Source: a virus. From it: a DNA stretch of 64,000 nucleotides. Below, in pieces: positions 1 to 8,820 of the stretch. The DNA is taken from the IMG/VR virus record IMGVR_UViG_3300034111_000335, positions 1 to 64,000 of that record. One strand, written 5' to 3'. The position numbers and the translations under genes were made by a program. The notes under the pieces were generated by a model, which made no database searches, was not told the origin of the DNA, and worked only from the letters and a program-made list of their open reading frames with translations. Each line of letters begins with the position of its first letter. Position 1 is the first letter of the stretch.

Positions 1-226
1 CTCCTTGTATTTTATTACGCATCCAAGTTGCACCACCTAAATAAGATACATCGTAAGGGTCAAATTCATCAAACTCCATACCATCCAACTCCATCATTTT
101 TTTTATCTCCTCATCACTTGGTAGTTGAACTGAAGGAGCTGCTAGTATTAAAAAGTCAGCAGTCAATCCTGTATATTGGCTTTTTTCAATCATTTTTTTT
201 ACTTGTTCTTCTGTGTATAGTTTCAT
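1..226 (-). CDS. small hypothetical protein, runs off the window edge (MKLYTEEQVKKMIEK...MRNKIQG)
   Basis: ATG at 226 overlaps the TGA of 223..471; manually translated as open to position 1. Confidence 0.7.
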   Translation of the reverse strand, partial: MKLYTEEQVKKMIEKSQYTGLTADFLILAAPSVQLPSDEEIKKMMELDGMEFDEFDPYDVSYLGGATWMRNKIQG

Positions 227-471
227 TTCTCACCTCCTCCGTAGGTTTGTTCGTAGTATTGTTCACCAGTTATTGGTAATGTACTTTCAGGATAATCAAT
301 TCCATGAACTGTTCCTTTGTTGTATGCAGTTTCAATTCTTTCCTTCTCCATTTCTTTGCATTGGTCTGCATAAGATTCTATCATTTCAAGATGTTCTTTA
401 CTCAGTAGAATTTGGTCTTTAATAGCATTTAGAAATTGTTCAACTGCCGTCTGTTGTTTATTGTTTGTCAT
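223..471 (-). CDS. hypothetical protein with KQQTAVE N-terminal motif
   Basis: 82 aa ORF with ATGA-coupled neighbours. Confidence 0.8.
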   Translation of the reverse strand: MTNNKQQTAVEQFLNAIKDQILLSKEHLEMIESYADQCKEMEKERIETAYNKGTVHGIDYPESTLPITGEQYYEQTYGGGEK

Positions 472-731
472 TTGTTACCTCCCTTGTGTATTGGGTTTTT
501 GCAGTTTCCTTTGTGACATAGAATATTACCCTTGTAATTCTTACAAATGAAGTATTCACATCCTTCAATTACACATACTTTAAGCGGGTCTGATGCTAAA
601 TTACCTTCACTGGGTATTGTGTAGTTGGTAGTTTTTGATGATACTGTTGGTTTTGTGCAACCACTTATCATTCCGATAAGTAATGTTGCTAATAATAGTT
701 TTTCAACTGCCGTTTGTTGTTTATTGTTCAT
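468..731 (-). CDS. putative lipoprotein with KQQTAVE N-terminus and Cys-rich C-terminus
   Basis: Hydrophobic stretch ending MISGC (lipobox-like); CEY...CHKGNCKNPIH tail. Confidence 0.7.
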   Translation of the reverse strand: MNNKQQTAVEKLLLATLLIGMISGCTKPTVSSKTTNYTIPSEGNLASDPLKVCVIEGCEYFICKNYKGNILCHKGNCKNPIHKGGNK

Positions 732-734
732 AGT

Positions 735-1634
735 TTAGTTGTTTAAGTAATATTTTCCTTTAAGACCATTGATAGTCTCTTCTTTGTTTAGTTTTAAGTT
801 TTTTACTATTTCAGGCTTAGCGTAGACTAGTTGATATCCTTTAACTTCTTTGTTTAATTTAAGCATTTTTTCTACACAACTTTTACTAAGACCTGTTACT
901 TGGGTAGCTTCTTTTACAGACTCTGTAACTTCCATAATAAAGCCGTTTTTGTCTAGTACCAATAAAGGCCTACTTTGCTTAACAGATAAACCAGACTTAC
1001 CTAACATAGGATTAGATTTAAGTCTATGTTCGCTTAGTCTTTTTCTGCTTTCAGGAGACCAATTGTATACATTAACTACTGGGTATTTGTTAAAAGGCTC
1101 TGTATGTATTCTCCAGACATATCCATAAGCTATTCTTCTCTTACCACTACTTGCTAAAGATATTTTTGTATTATTCTTAAGATTACCCGTTACTGCTAAG
1201 CTTGCTTCTGACATACTATCGTAAGTAGCTATAAAGTTACCTTCTTGATCATACTGGTCCACTTTGTATCTTCTTTTTGACATAGTTTCTTCTGTGTGTT
1301 TATAATCTCTTATACCATCTCCCCCTGCAGTAGCATTTACTAGATTAGGATAACTCTTAATTGCTAAGATTTCAGCTTGTTTTACTTCTTCTGCTGTATC
1401 ATATTCAGCTAAAAGAGTAATTACAGGCTTAGTATCCTTGTCTAGTAAAGACTTAATCCAACAATGTCTGTGATGTCTAGATTTTTTATGTTTAAATGCG
1501 ACTCTGCAAGAGGCTATATGTCCTGCTAATCTAGATCTTAAGCATTGTTTTGTTATTCCAATATATCTTATTCCTGAACTGTCTGATAAGGAATATAGTT
1601 TGTATGTTATTACGTCCGATTTTTTGTAAGGCAT
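735..1634 (-). CDS. GIY-YIG homing endonuclease with NUMOD DNA-binding repeats
   Basis: KLYSLSD...RYIGIT...R motif, conserved Glu and N-x-T-x-GG; HTEET and KVDQYDQEGNFIATYDSMSEA NUMOD-like segments. Confidence 0.85.
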   Translation of the reverse strand: MPYKKSDVITYKLYSLSDSSGIRYIGITKQCLRSRLAGHIASCRVAFKHKKSRHHRHCWIKSLLDKDTKPVITLLAEYDTAEEVKQAEILAIKSYPNLVNATAGGDGIRDYKHTEETMSKRRYKVDQYDQEGNFIATYDSMSEASLAVTGNLKNNTKISLASSGKRRIAYGYVWRIHTEPFNKYPVVNVYNWSPESRKRLSEHRLKSNPMLGKSGLSVKQSRPLLVLDKNGFIMEVTESVKEATQVTGLSKSCVEKMLKLNKEVKGYQLVYAKPEIVKNLKLNKEETINGLKGKYYLNN

Positions 1635-1638
1635 ACAA

Positions 1639-1668
1639 CAAATATAGTAGAATAAAATAAATAGTCAA
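1639..1668 (-). promoter_or_regulatory. Bacteroidota-type promoter for the endonuclease gene
   Basis: Minus strand TTGAC ... TATATTTG (TAnnTTTG) ending 4 nt before the ATG. Confidence 0.65.
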
Positions 1669-1671
1669 GAG

Positions 1672-2742
1672 TTAGATATAAGTTATTTTGTTCTGGTCAA
1701 AAGATTTTAAGTTGTCGTGCATCCACTTTTCGTCTACAGTATCTTTATAACACAATATGTGAATAGTAGAAGATTGATCAGGACTTAGTCTTAATAGACG
1801 ACCAAAGCGCTGAACGAACTTAGGGGAACCACCAGAATAAGAGTGTAGAATGATAGCATTTTTAAGATTAGGTATATTAATACCTTCGCTTAATTGCTCT
1901 ACACATGATAGTTTAGTGATTTCACCTGTTTTAAAGGCTTCTAAGGGACTATTCTTGTTCTTGGAATGGTGAGAGTCCTTACAGAGTCTTTCAGCTTGAT
2001 CTATGGTGTTTGCAAAGATTATAACTTTCTCCTCTGAGTCTATCTCTGAGATAAGTTTCTTAGCATAATTTTCCTTAGTTTCAAACTGCTTTAAGAAATT
2101 GATTCTTTGAATGGTCTTAAACATCAAATTTCTAGAGTTAGCGTTTTCTATCTCTCTAGTTATCCAGTCATACTGAGCTCTTTCACTGGTCATCCAACCT
2201 TGCTTAGTTTGAATAGTTTTGTTTTTGTTTAAGTCTAAATAGTGTACAAAGATGTGATAGTCGTTAAGAATCTCGTTTTCTACGGCTTTATCTGTCTTAA
2301 ATACGTACTTAATTGGGTAATACTCCATCATAAGTTGACCTTTCTCTGAAGTCAAATACTTAGGAGGAGTACCTGTTAAGCCTAAAATCCTCCCTCTGTA
2401 CTTTAATAAAAAAGGAAGAGTAGTAGCTTTAAGAGAGTGTGCTTCATCTAAGATAAGAATATCATACTCTTCAGGATTGTGTTTTGTAAGAGAAAGATAA
2501 GTAGTGAAGGTAATACGCTCTAAAAGCTCTTCAACCTCAAACTTGACTGCATCTGCTGTCCAAGACTTAAAAATATCTACCTTAGGAGCAACTACAAGAA
2601 CTTTCAAGTGATCAGGTAAGACATTGATATAATCTAATCCTATCTTAGTCTTACCTGCACCTGTCGCTAATTGTAAACCACACCTTTTAAACTGTAAGGC
2701 TTCTTTAAGAGCCTGATGTTGTATTAAATCTCTTGTTATCAT
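1672..2742 (-). CDS. superfamily 2 DEAH helicase (ResIII/UvsW-like)
   Basis: LATGAGKT Walker A, DEAH, TGTP, EGINIP, QRFGRLLR. Confidence 0.92.
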   Translation of the reverse strand: MITRDLIQHQALKEALQFKRCGLQLATGAGKTKIGLDYINVLPDHLKVLVVAPKVDIFKSWTADAVKFEVEELLERITFTTYLSLTKHNPEEYDILILDEAHSLKATTLPFLLKYRGRILGLTGTPPKYLTSEKGQLMMEYYPIKYVFKTDKAVENEILNDYHIFVHYLDLNKNKTIQTKQGWMTSERAQYDWITREIENANSRNLMFKTIQRINFLKQFETKENYAKKLISEIDSEEKVIIFANTIDQAERLCKDSHHSKNKNSPLEAFKTGEITKLSCVEQLSEGINIPNLKNAIILHSYSGGSPKFVQRFGRLLRLSPDQSSTIHILCYKDTVDEKWMHDNLKSFDQNKITYI

Positions 2743-2748
2743 ATATTA

Positions 2749-3249
2749 TCATTTGTAACTCTTTAGTTTGCTTACGTAAGTAGGATCTTCTGCATAGACA
2801 CCGTCTATGTTTTTAAGATACCTTTTTTGAATGTGAGCATAACACTTGATATTGTCTCTATAAGTGTCATACTTAGCATAGACTCCGTGTTTACCTGCTA
2901 CATGCTTACATTTATGAAAGGTAATACCAAACAAGTTCTTTGCTTGGATACCTACGTTAGACTTACCATGATTACTTTCTATTCTAGATTGTAAGCAAGC
3001 AACTGCAGCTAGGATTACTCCTTGCTTAGTAAGTTCTGCTGTAATTCCTGAATCATTAAGAATAACATCCTTCTCTGTGATAACTTCTTTTATCACTTTA
3101 GTCTTAGTTATTACCTCTGATTCTGGAAACATAAATGATACTAATAGCAATACTGCAAAGATAACATTAATAGTTAAAGAGATGTGAAAATACTTCTGAT
3201 AATTGGGAGCTTTTGATAAGCTAAGATCTTGATTTTGTTTGTAGTACAT
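2749..3249 (-). CDS. membrane-anchored GH73 glucosaminidase (peptidoglycan hydrolase)
   Basis: N-terminal TM helix; Q..IES..G, NLFGI and YAEDPTY motifs. Confidence 0.82.
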   Translation of the reverse strand: MYYKQNQDLSLSKAPNYQKYFHISLTINVIFAVLLLVSFMFPESEVITKTKVIKEVITEKDVILNDSGITAELTKQGVILAAVACLQSRIESNHGKSNVGIQAKNLFGITFHKCKHVAGKHGVYAKYDTYRDNIKCYAHIQKRYLKNIDGVYAEDPTYVSKLKSYK

Positions 3250-3350
3250 GATTGTTAATATTAAATGTGAAACATAAATTAAGGCAACAACTATGCCAAA
3301 TGGTAATAATTAGAACTTAGGGCAGGTATCTCTCCTACCCTAAATTAAAG

Positions 3351-3743
3351 TTAAATAGTATCGTCTTGCCAGTTAATGACGCTTACTACTTCAGACTCTT
3401 CTATAAAAGTCTTAAGATAATTCTTACCTACCTTGTAGTCTCCTAGAATGATATCATGGATGACTTGGTAGTCTTGAGGTACTATTACTTCTTTGATAAA
3501 GGTAATAGTTTGCTTAGTAGTAGGAAGTTCTCTTAATCCTCTTAAGTAAGTCTTTTCATCAATCATAGACTTAACTGTTAGGTGTTTAAACATCCTTTTA
3601 ATCTCTCTTTCTTGGATACGATCTAGCTTATCTAAGCTAGTAATCCTACCCTTAAGTTGAAAAGATTTAAATTGTGGCTTCTCCTCCCTTACGGAGTAGA
3701 CTTTCTCTGCTACAATAGCAGTCGAAGTGATTCTTTTTCTCAT
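3351..3743 (-). CDS. hypothetical protein
   Basis: 130 aa ORF followed by a hairpin at about 3318-3342. Confidence 0.7.
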   Translation of the reverse strand: MRKRITSTAIVAEKVYSVREEKPQFKSFQLKGRITSLDKLDRIQEREIKRMFKHLTVKSMIDEKTYLRGLRELPTTKQTITFIKEVIVPQDYQVIHDIILGDYKVGKNYLKTFIEESEVVSVINWQDDTI

Positions 3744-3787
3744 ATAAATGTATTTTAAGTGTTTCTAAATTAGATACCTGTTAAAAG

Positions 3788-3813
3788 AAAAAGGAGGCCC
3801 AATAACCTCCTTT
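3788..3813 (-). terminator. intrinsic terminator
   Basis: aaggagg/cctcctt stem with an A-run on the plus strand (U-tail on minus). Confidence 0.55.
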
Positions 3814-3958
3814 GACGTAATACAGATATGAAAAAGATTTTAACCACTCATTGGTTAGGGCCACTATTGGGTAGCCTTTGCAGTTAGGATAAACGCTAAT
3901 CTATCCTAACTAAAAAGTCCTGGAAGCAGATCTTACGGTATGCAACCAGGAACATTTA

Positions 3959-4153
3959 AAAAACAACTTCTTGCATGCTCACCATGCTTTTAGATTTTAC
4001 TGGACATAGTTTACTGTCCACCTGTTGACGTGCACATCAGAGCAGGGTCCATCACAGTTCACTTTGGGTCATGTAACTCATTTGGGTAATTACTCCCAAG
4101 AGCCAAAGTATCTTTCAACGGTGCTAATCCGCCCTCTGTAAGAAGTTGTTTTT
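3959..4153 (-). ncRNA. candidate ~195-nt structured RNA directly 3' of tRNA-Leu
   Basis: 17-bp closing stem (aaaaacaacttcttgca / tgtaagaagttgttttt, one non-WC pair) enclosing at least five hairpins; no ORF in the track. Confidence 0.55.
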
Positions 4154-4242
4154 TGGTTCTATTGATGGGAATCGAACCCATACTGACATTGCTGTCAACA
4201 GGATTTTAAGTCCTGCGTGTCTACCTATTCCACCACAATAGA
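4154..4242 (-). tRNA. trnL: tRNA-Leu (anticodon UAA), encoded CCA
   Basis: TCTATTG/CAATAGA acceptor stem, CAGGA-CTTAAAA-TCCTG anticodon arm, long variable arm, ATGGG-TTCGATT-CCCAT T-arm, ACCA end. Confidence 0.95.
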
Positions 4243-4267
4243 ATAAAGGGAGCCTTACGACTCCCTA

Positions 4268-4275
4268 CAAATATA
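4268..4275 (-). promoter_or_regulatory. -7 promoter element upstream of tRNA-Leu
   Basis: TATATTTG on the minus strand; no clear -33 element. Confidence 0.45.
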
Positions 4276-4285
4276 ATTCATTTAG

Positions 4286-4876
4286 TTAAATTACTTCTGC
4301 TTTAGCTTTAACTTTGTTTTCTTTGATAGCATCCATAGGATTAGCTGTCATGTTAGTAATGCTACGAGACAAGTTTTGATCTTGCTTAATAGTAGCATTA
4401 GACATACCTGGTTCAGCAAACTCTACAGAAGTGTAGATCAAAGCACCTTCAAAAGTTAACTCTTGACCATCACGAGTCTTTTTAACAGACCATTGAGGCT
4501 TAAGAGAACCATCAGCATTTTTTACTACTGCATCATCAGTAGTATCTACTCTGCGAAGGATTAAGTCTTCACCATACAACTGAGAAGTACTTACGTTAAC
4601 AGGGATAGCTGTTGAATAGTCACCAGTTACATCATCAGCAGTAAAGCCAAACTGACCAAAGTCTTTGTCAAAGTTGTCTTCAGTGAAGTTAAGCAATGCA
4701 GTCATACGGTTGGTAAGGTTACCACCAAGACCACGGCTAATCATACGTTGGTGAACAGATAAGTTAGCAGGAGTGTAGCACTCGAACATAACAGTAATAG
4801 GAGCTGTAAGTCCAGAATTGCGGAAAGCTTTGCTAGCGAAAGCTAAATTAGTTGATTTGAAATCTTCGTAAGTCAT
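4286..4876 (-). CDS. hypothetical protein
   Basis: 196 aa ORF with A-rich initiation region. Confidence 0.8.
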   Translation of the reverse strand: MTYEDFKSTNLAFASKAFRNSGLTAPITVMFECYTPANLSVHQRMISRGLGGNLTNRMTALLNFTEDNFDKDFGQFGFTADDVTGDYSTAIPVNVSTSQLYGEDLILRRVDTTDDAVVKNADGSLKPQWSVKKTRDGQELTFEGALIYTSVEFAEPGMSNATIKQDQNLSRSITNMTANPMDAIKENKVKAKAEVI

Positions 4877-4910
4877 AATTTTGTTTTTAGTTTTTTAAAT
4901 TTGTTAATTT

Positions 4911-5240
4911 TTAGTTGTCTTCTAATACTGTTACTTTATCTTTCTCATAAATATAAATAGGCCCTATATAGCCGTCTTTAATAAGATAAGTCTTTTCACA
5001 GTCTTGTAACTTGTAAGAGATGATCATGTTCCATTCTGAGAACTTAAACACGAAACAATCTATTACTTTAGGAGGATTAGGATTACCTTCTCCTATGAGA
5101 TCTTCAATAAAGAGAGTATCTGAATGCGTTAAGCGTTCAAGTTTTACACAGCTATCAGAACAAAGAGATCTAATAGGAAATAATTGGGCTTTTAGATTAG
5201 TAAAGCCGTTTAAAATTAAGATAAAGAACAGTTTTTTCAT
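4911..5240 (-). CDS. hypothetical secreted protein
   Basis: MKKLFFILIL...KAQ Bacteroidota-type signal peptide. Confidence 0.7.
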   Translation of the reverse strand: MKKLFFILILNGFTNLKAQLFPIRSLCSDSCVKLERLTHSDTLFIEDLIGEGNPNPPKVIDCFVFKFSEWNMIISYKLQDCEKTYLIKDGYIGPIYIYEKDKVTVLEDN

Positions 5241-5281
5241 AGTTTTAAATTAAAGGGGCCATTGCTGACCCCTAGTTTTAA

Positions 5282-6265
5282 TTACAAGCCTTTACGCAAG
5301 AACTCAAGTGCAATTTCTTTCTTAGAAGCACAGAATTTTAATTGATCTGCATTTTCTTTTACATACGACATTAAAGCTTTATGCTTAGCGTTAGTATAAG
5401 TTTCTTCTGTAAAGATATTAATAGCAGCACGAGTTAATGCTCTTGTAGACCATCTGTCCATTTTAGGAACAATAGTAAGCAAGTTTGCTACACGTTGACA
5501 GGCTAATTCAGATTTAGCAAAGTCAGGCATTTCAAATTTACCTGCTTTCATAGTCTTAACAGCTTCACCACCGTCATTACCTGTAGATGCAGTAATAACA
5601 ACATCAAAGTCTAAGTTGTACTTTTTCTTCAAGAAAATAAGTTGCTTATAATCTTCTTTAGATTGAGCCCAGGCATTTACATAATCGCCTTGTTTCCAAG
5701 ATCTAGAAGAAGAATTAAGCATAGCAACTAATTCAGTAAGCTGTTCAACATTTTCAATTCCATTTACAACTACATAAGGAATAGGAATACCTAAACGCAT
5801 ACAAGCCATAAGAGCATGTTGACCGTCTGCTACATACTTACACATATAACCATCAATAAAGTCTATTTCTACTACGATGATAGGACGAATCATACCATAC
5901 ATTTGAATAGAATTAGCTAAACGATCAATGTGTTTTAAGATAAGAGTACGTTGAACACCTGGCAAAAAGTTAAGTGTTTCGTTTGCTTTAAGCCACTTTA
6001 AGTTGTTTTTAAGACTGTTTCCGCTTACATACAACATCTTGTTGGTCTTGCTTACTGCTGTTTTAGTAACTTCTTTAGCTTTCTCCATAAAACTAATAGG
6101 AGTAGTTCTAGAAGATGACTGTAACAGAGAATTAGTTACTGTTGTTTCTTTAGAAACAATAACATTTTTACGAGGACGACCTTTTCTACGAGGAGTAGGA
6201 GTTGGTGCGTCATTTTTGGTTACCAATTTAACCTTTAATTTGTTTGTTTTCTTTGTTGTTTTCAT
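5282..6265 (-). CDS. ParB/Srx-like protein with N-terminal AT-hook
   Basis: QR...LANSIQMYGMIRPIIV...ADGQHAL motif; RRKGRPRK AT-hook. Confidence 0.75.
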   Translation of the reverse strand: MKTTKKTNKLKVKLVTKNDAPTPTPRRKGRPRKNVIVSKETTVTNSLLQSSSRTTPISFMEKAKEVTKTAVSKTNKMLYVSGNSLKNNLKWLKANETLNFLPGVQRTLILKHIDRLANSIQMYGMIRPIIVVEIDFIDGYMCKYVADGQHALMACMRLGIPIPYVVVNGIENVEQLTELVAMLNSSSRSWKQGDYVNAWAQSKEDYKQLIFLKKKYNLDFDVVITASTGNDGGEAVKTMKAGKFEMPDFAKSELACQRVANLLTIVPKMDRWSTRALTRAAINIFTEETYTNAKHKALMSYVKENADQLKFCASKKEIALEFLRKGL

Positions 6266-6304
6266 AAATGTTTTTTTTGGTTTTTTGTTTTTTTGTTTAA
6301 TTTG

Positions 6305-6379
6305 TGGTAGCCCCTGGGTGAATCGAACACACCATCTCTAGGATGAAATCCTATTGTCCTACCATTAGACGAAAGGGCC
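6305..6379 (-). tRNA. trnE: tRNA-Glu (anticodon UUC), encoded CCA, slightly non-canonical stems
   Basis: GGCCCTT/AGGGGCT acceptor stem, TAGG-ATTTCAT-CCTA anticodon arm, TTCGATT T-loop, ACCA end. Confidence 0.85.
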
Positions 6380-6554
6380 AATTACACTTTAACCTTAAGT
6401 GTGAAGGATTAGTCTATGCCTACTTCTTTAGCAGCATAATAAGCAGAGAAAGCTCGGCTTACACCTTGCTTTCTAAAATACCTGTAGAAATCCAAGAACT
6501 CCGCTAAGAGTCCATAAGATTTAGCTACATACCAATGTTCTAAGAATTGATCTT

Positions 6555-6740
6555 TCATAATATTTCAGTTAAAGAGTTAATTTCTGCTTTAAGAGTTTCT
6601 ATGTAACGTTCTTGATCTCTTACCCAATTCTCTTCACCAGAATCCATAGAAGGTACTGTAAAACAAAATAAGTCATTCTCTGCAGCATTTAGTTCTTGAT
6701 ACAAGTAAGTCAATCGGTCTTGAATGTCTTCAGTGTTCAT
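6555..6740 (-). CDS. hypothetical protein
   Basis: 61 aa ORF, ATGA-coupled. Confidence 0.65.
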   Translation of the reverse strand: MNTEDIQDRLTYLYQELNAAENDLFCFTVPSMDSGEENWVRDQERYIETLKAEINSLTEIL

Positions 6741-6964
6741 AATGTGATTAAGTTAAGTTCTTCTTTAAGTTGATTAAAAGGGTTGTGTTCAGTAATTCTG
6801 TTTAGTGCTACTCTTAAGTCTTGAGTTTGTTCTAAATAAAACTCATCAGAGATGTTGCCTAACTCATACTCTTCATCTAGTCTTTCTAAGAAGAAGTATA
6901 AGCGGTTAATCTTCATAATCATAACACTAACAGCTAAGGCTTCTACAAATTCTTCTGGATTCAT
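6737..6964 (-). CDS. hypothetical protein
   Basis: 75 aa ORF, ATGA-coupled. Confidence 0.65.
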   Translation of the reverse strand: MNPEEFVEALAVSVMIMKINRLYFFLERLDEEYELGNISDEFYLEQTQDLRVALNRITEHNPFNQLKEELNLITL

Positions 6965-7056
6965 AGTCTTGAAATTACTAGATAGTTAGCATAAGCATCT
7001 TCATAAGTCAATGCCCAAATTCTGTAGCCGTCAATGATAAATAGTTGTTTTTCCAT
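6961..7056 (-). CDS. 31-aa hypothetical protein (MEKQLFIIDGYRIWALTYEDAYANYLVISRL)
   Basis: Manual translation; overlaps the start or stop of both neighbours. Confidence 0.6.
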   Translation of the reverse strand: MEKQLFIIDGYRIWALTYEDAYANYLVISRL

Positions 7057-7232
7057 TAGTTTTTAAAAGGTTTAGAATCTACTACTATAGAGCCAATGCC
7101 TGTAGCAATGGCTCCAATAGAGAAGAAGTTAGAGATAACGGTTAAGCCCATTTGTTCGCTTAGGTATGCTGCTAGAATAGCAACAATACAAGCAATCCCT
7201 AATAGAAGGGAAAGTAAAGTAAGTCTTTTCAT
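7056..7232 (-). CDS. 58-aa two-TM membrane protein
   Basis: Manual translation MKRLTLLSLLLGIACIVAIL...; coupled to neighbours. Confidence 0.6.
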   Translation of the reverse strand: MKRLTLLSLLLGIACIVAILAAYLSEQMGLTVISNFFSIGAIATGIGSIVVDSKPFKN

Positions 7233-7462
7233 GCTTCTTGGCTTAAATAGTAAATAGTACCGATAATAGTAAACACACCTACTATAAAAGTAGTAATGCC
7301 TGTATTAAACAATCCATAGAAACATTCAGTAATACTTCCTGCTCCTGAAAGATTTCCAATAATAGCAAGAAAGAAGTTAAAAATAGTAGTAGTAACTACT
7401 AAGAAGACGATTGGGAGAACTACTATCAGCAGTGCTTTCCACATAAATTTAAGTATATTCAT
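7229..7462 (-). CDS. small two-TM membrane protein
   Basis: 77 aa hydrophobic ORF. Confidence 0.7.
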   Translation of the reverse strand: MNILKFMWKALLIVVLPIVFLVVTTTIFNFFLAIIGNLSGAGSITECFYGLFNTGITTFIVGVFTIIGTIYYLSQEA

Positions 7463-7506
7463 ATCTGTTTTGTTCTAATTAAGAGAAAAGGGGATTATTA
7501 GTCCCC

Positions 7507-7800
7507 TTATAGATTTTTTGCAAGCACTAAAATTTCTACTAAATCATCAGTACTTACACGAGGGTTAACATCTGTACCGTCTGGAGTAATAGTCAGATTA
7601 CCATCATAATAAACATACCAGTTACCATCTTTGTCTATGACAGCAACTTCAGCAGTTGTTACACCCTGATCACAGTAATGACCTGTACCAAATCTTACGC
7701 TTACATAAACTTTGTTAGCAAACGTAAGACAAAAACCTTCGTCAATAAAGTCTTTAGAGAATCCACGAGTAGTCTCTTTAATAGTAATGTAGTTATTCAT
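7507..7800 (-). CDS. hypothetical protein
   Basis: 97 aa ORF with ACAGATATG start context; hairpin terminator at about 7486-7508. Confidence 0.75.
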   Translation of the reverse strand: MNNYITIKETTRGFSKDFIDEGFCLTFANKVYVSVRFGTGHYCDQGVTTAEVAVIDKDGNWYVYYDGNLTITPDGTDVNPRVSTDDLVEILVLAKNL

Positions 7801-7955
7801 ATCTGTTTTAGTTTAGTTTAAAATAAAGATTGGGGATTAGATCATTTGTTCACTAATCCCCTTTAGAAACATCCCTTGTGTTTCAAAGGTATCTTTGAGT
7901 ACCTTGACGTGTGGCCAATCACGATCATATCTACACTTTATGGCCAGTAGAGTGT

Positions 7956-8168
7956 TTATCTTTTGTATCTGCCAATGACAGTTACTTCCGAGGTTATGTG
8001 ACCAGCAGAAGAATTCATTTGCACATAAACAACCCTTTTATTTATTATCAAAGGATATGATTCACTGTAACAGCAACCACATCCGTCATTATGATAATGA
8101 GTGGGAAGTTTACGCTTAACAAAGTTCTTTGCTTGGCCTAATGTAGAGAAAACTATAAACTTATTCAT
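7956..8168 (-). CDS. hypothetical protein (GCGCC motif)
   Basis: 70 aa ORF. Confidence 0.65.
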   Translation of the reverse strand: MNKFIVFSTLGQAKNFVKRKLPTHYHNDGCGCCYSESYPLIINKRVVYVQMNSSAGHITSEVTVIGRYKR

Positions 8169-8367
8169 AGTCTTCTAACATATAACACCCGATATCAGCT
8201 AAAATCCGGGCTTCATTGTTACCTTTACCACAATCACTCACTAAAACACTAATAGTGCTATAGTAACCAAGAGTAGTAACCATCAGCTTAATAGCTGCTT
8301 TAGTTTGGTCATCCATATACCTTAACAAGGTATTATGTCTAACAGTGGGTTCAAATGTATTTTCCAT
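8161..8367 (-). CDS. hypothetical protein
   Basis: 68 aa ORF. Confidence 0.6.
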   Translation of the reverse strand: MENTFEPTVRHNTLLRYMDDQTKAAIKLMVTTLGYYSTISVLVSDCGKGNNEARILADIGCYMLEDYE

Positions 8368-8385
8368 TTCTATATCTGTTTTAGT

Positions 8386-8592
8386 TTAAGAGTCAAATAA
8401 TTTATCCCGGTCATCATCTTTAGCAATCTCTACATAACGTAAAGGCTTACTATAATCAAACTCAGGATCATCACATCTATATCCATAGTAACAAGGACAC
8501 TTGGTGGCATAGAGAGGAACAAGCTTAACTTGTACTACATTAGGATAAGATTTAGTCTTATCAAAGTTTGGGATAGTAGTTATTATCTTCAT
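8386..8592 (-). CDS. hypothetical protein
   Basis: 68 aa ORF with ACAGATATG start context. Confidence 0.6.
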   Translation of the reverse strand: MKIITTIPNFDKTKSYPNVVQVKLVPLYATKCPCYYGYRCDDPEFDYSKPLRYVEIAKDDDRDKLFDS

Positions 8593-8638
8593 ATCTGTTT
8601 TAGTTTATACTAATTGGTATTATACCATAAGGTATAAT

Positions 8639-8755
8639 TTACTCCCATCTGCACTCAGTTGTAATAAGAGGCTTTACTAAGAGCAAACATGCCTACTTAG
8701 TTACGTTATTACAACTGCTCACCCTTTGGAAGTGAGTTGTGGTGCATTAAAGTAA
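8639..8755 (-). ncRNA. twister-like self-cleaving ribozyme (type P1) with extended P5, copy 1
   Basis: P1 UUACUU/GAGUAA; UAA; P2 UGCA/UGCA; P4 CUCAC-UUCCAAAGG-GUGAG; pseudoknots CCA/UGG and CC/GG; P5 CAGUUGUAAUAA/UUAUUACAACUG. Confidence 0.75.
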
Positions 8756-8820
8756 GACAGTTTCACTTCGCATTATATCTGTCTTGAACCCCGCTTCTAG
8801 GGTTTAAAGTAAAGGGGTTG

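Noticed and set aside
6385-6545. Weak hairpins upstream of tRNA-Glu, possibly a degenerate tRNA or ncRNA
   Set aside because: No cloverleaf or T-loop; stems are short and unconvincing
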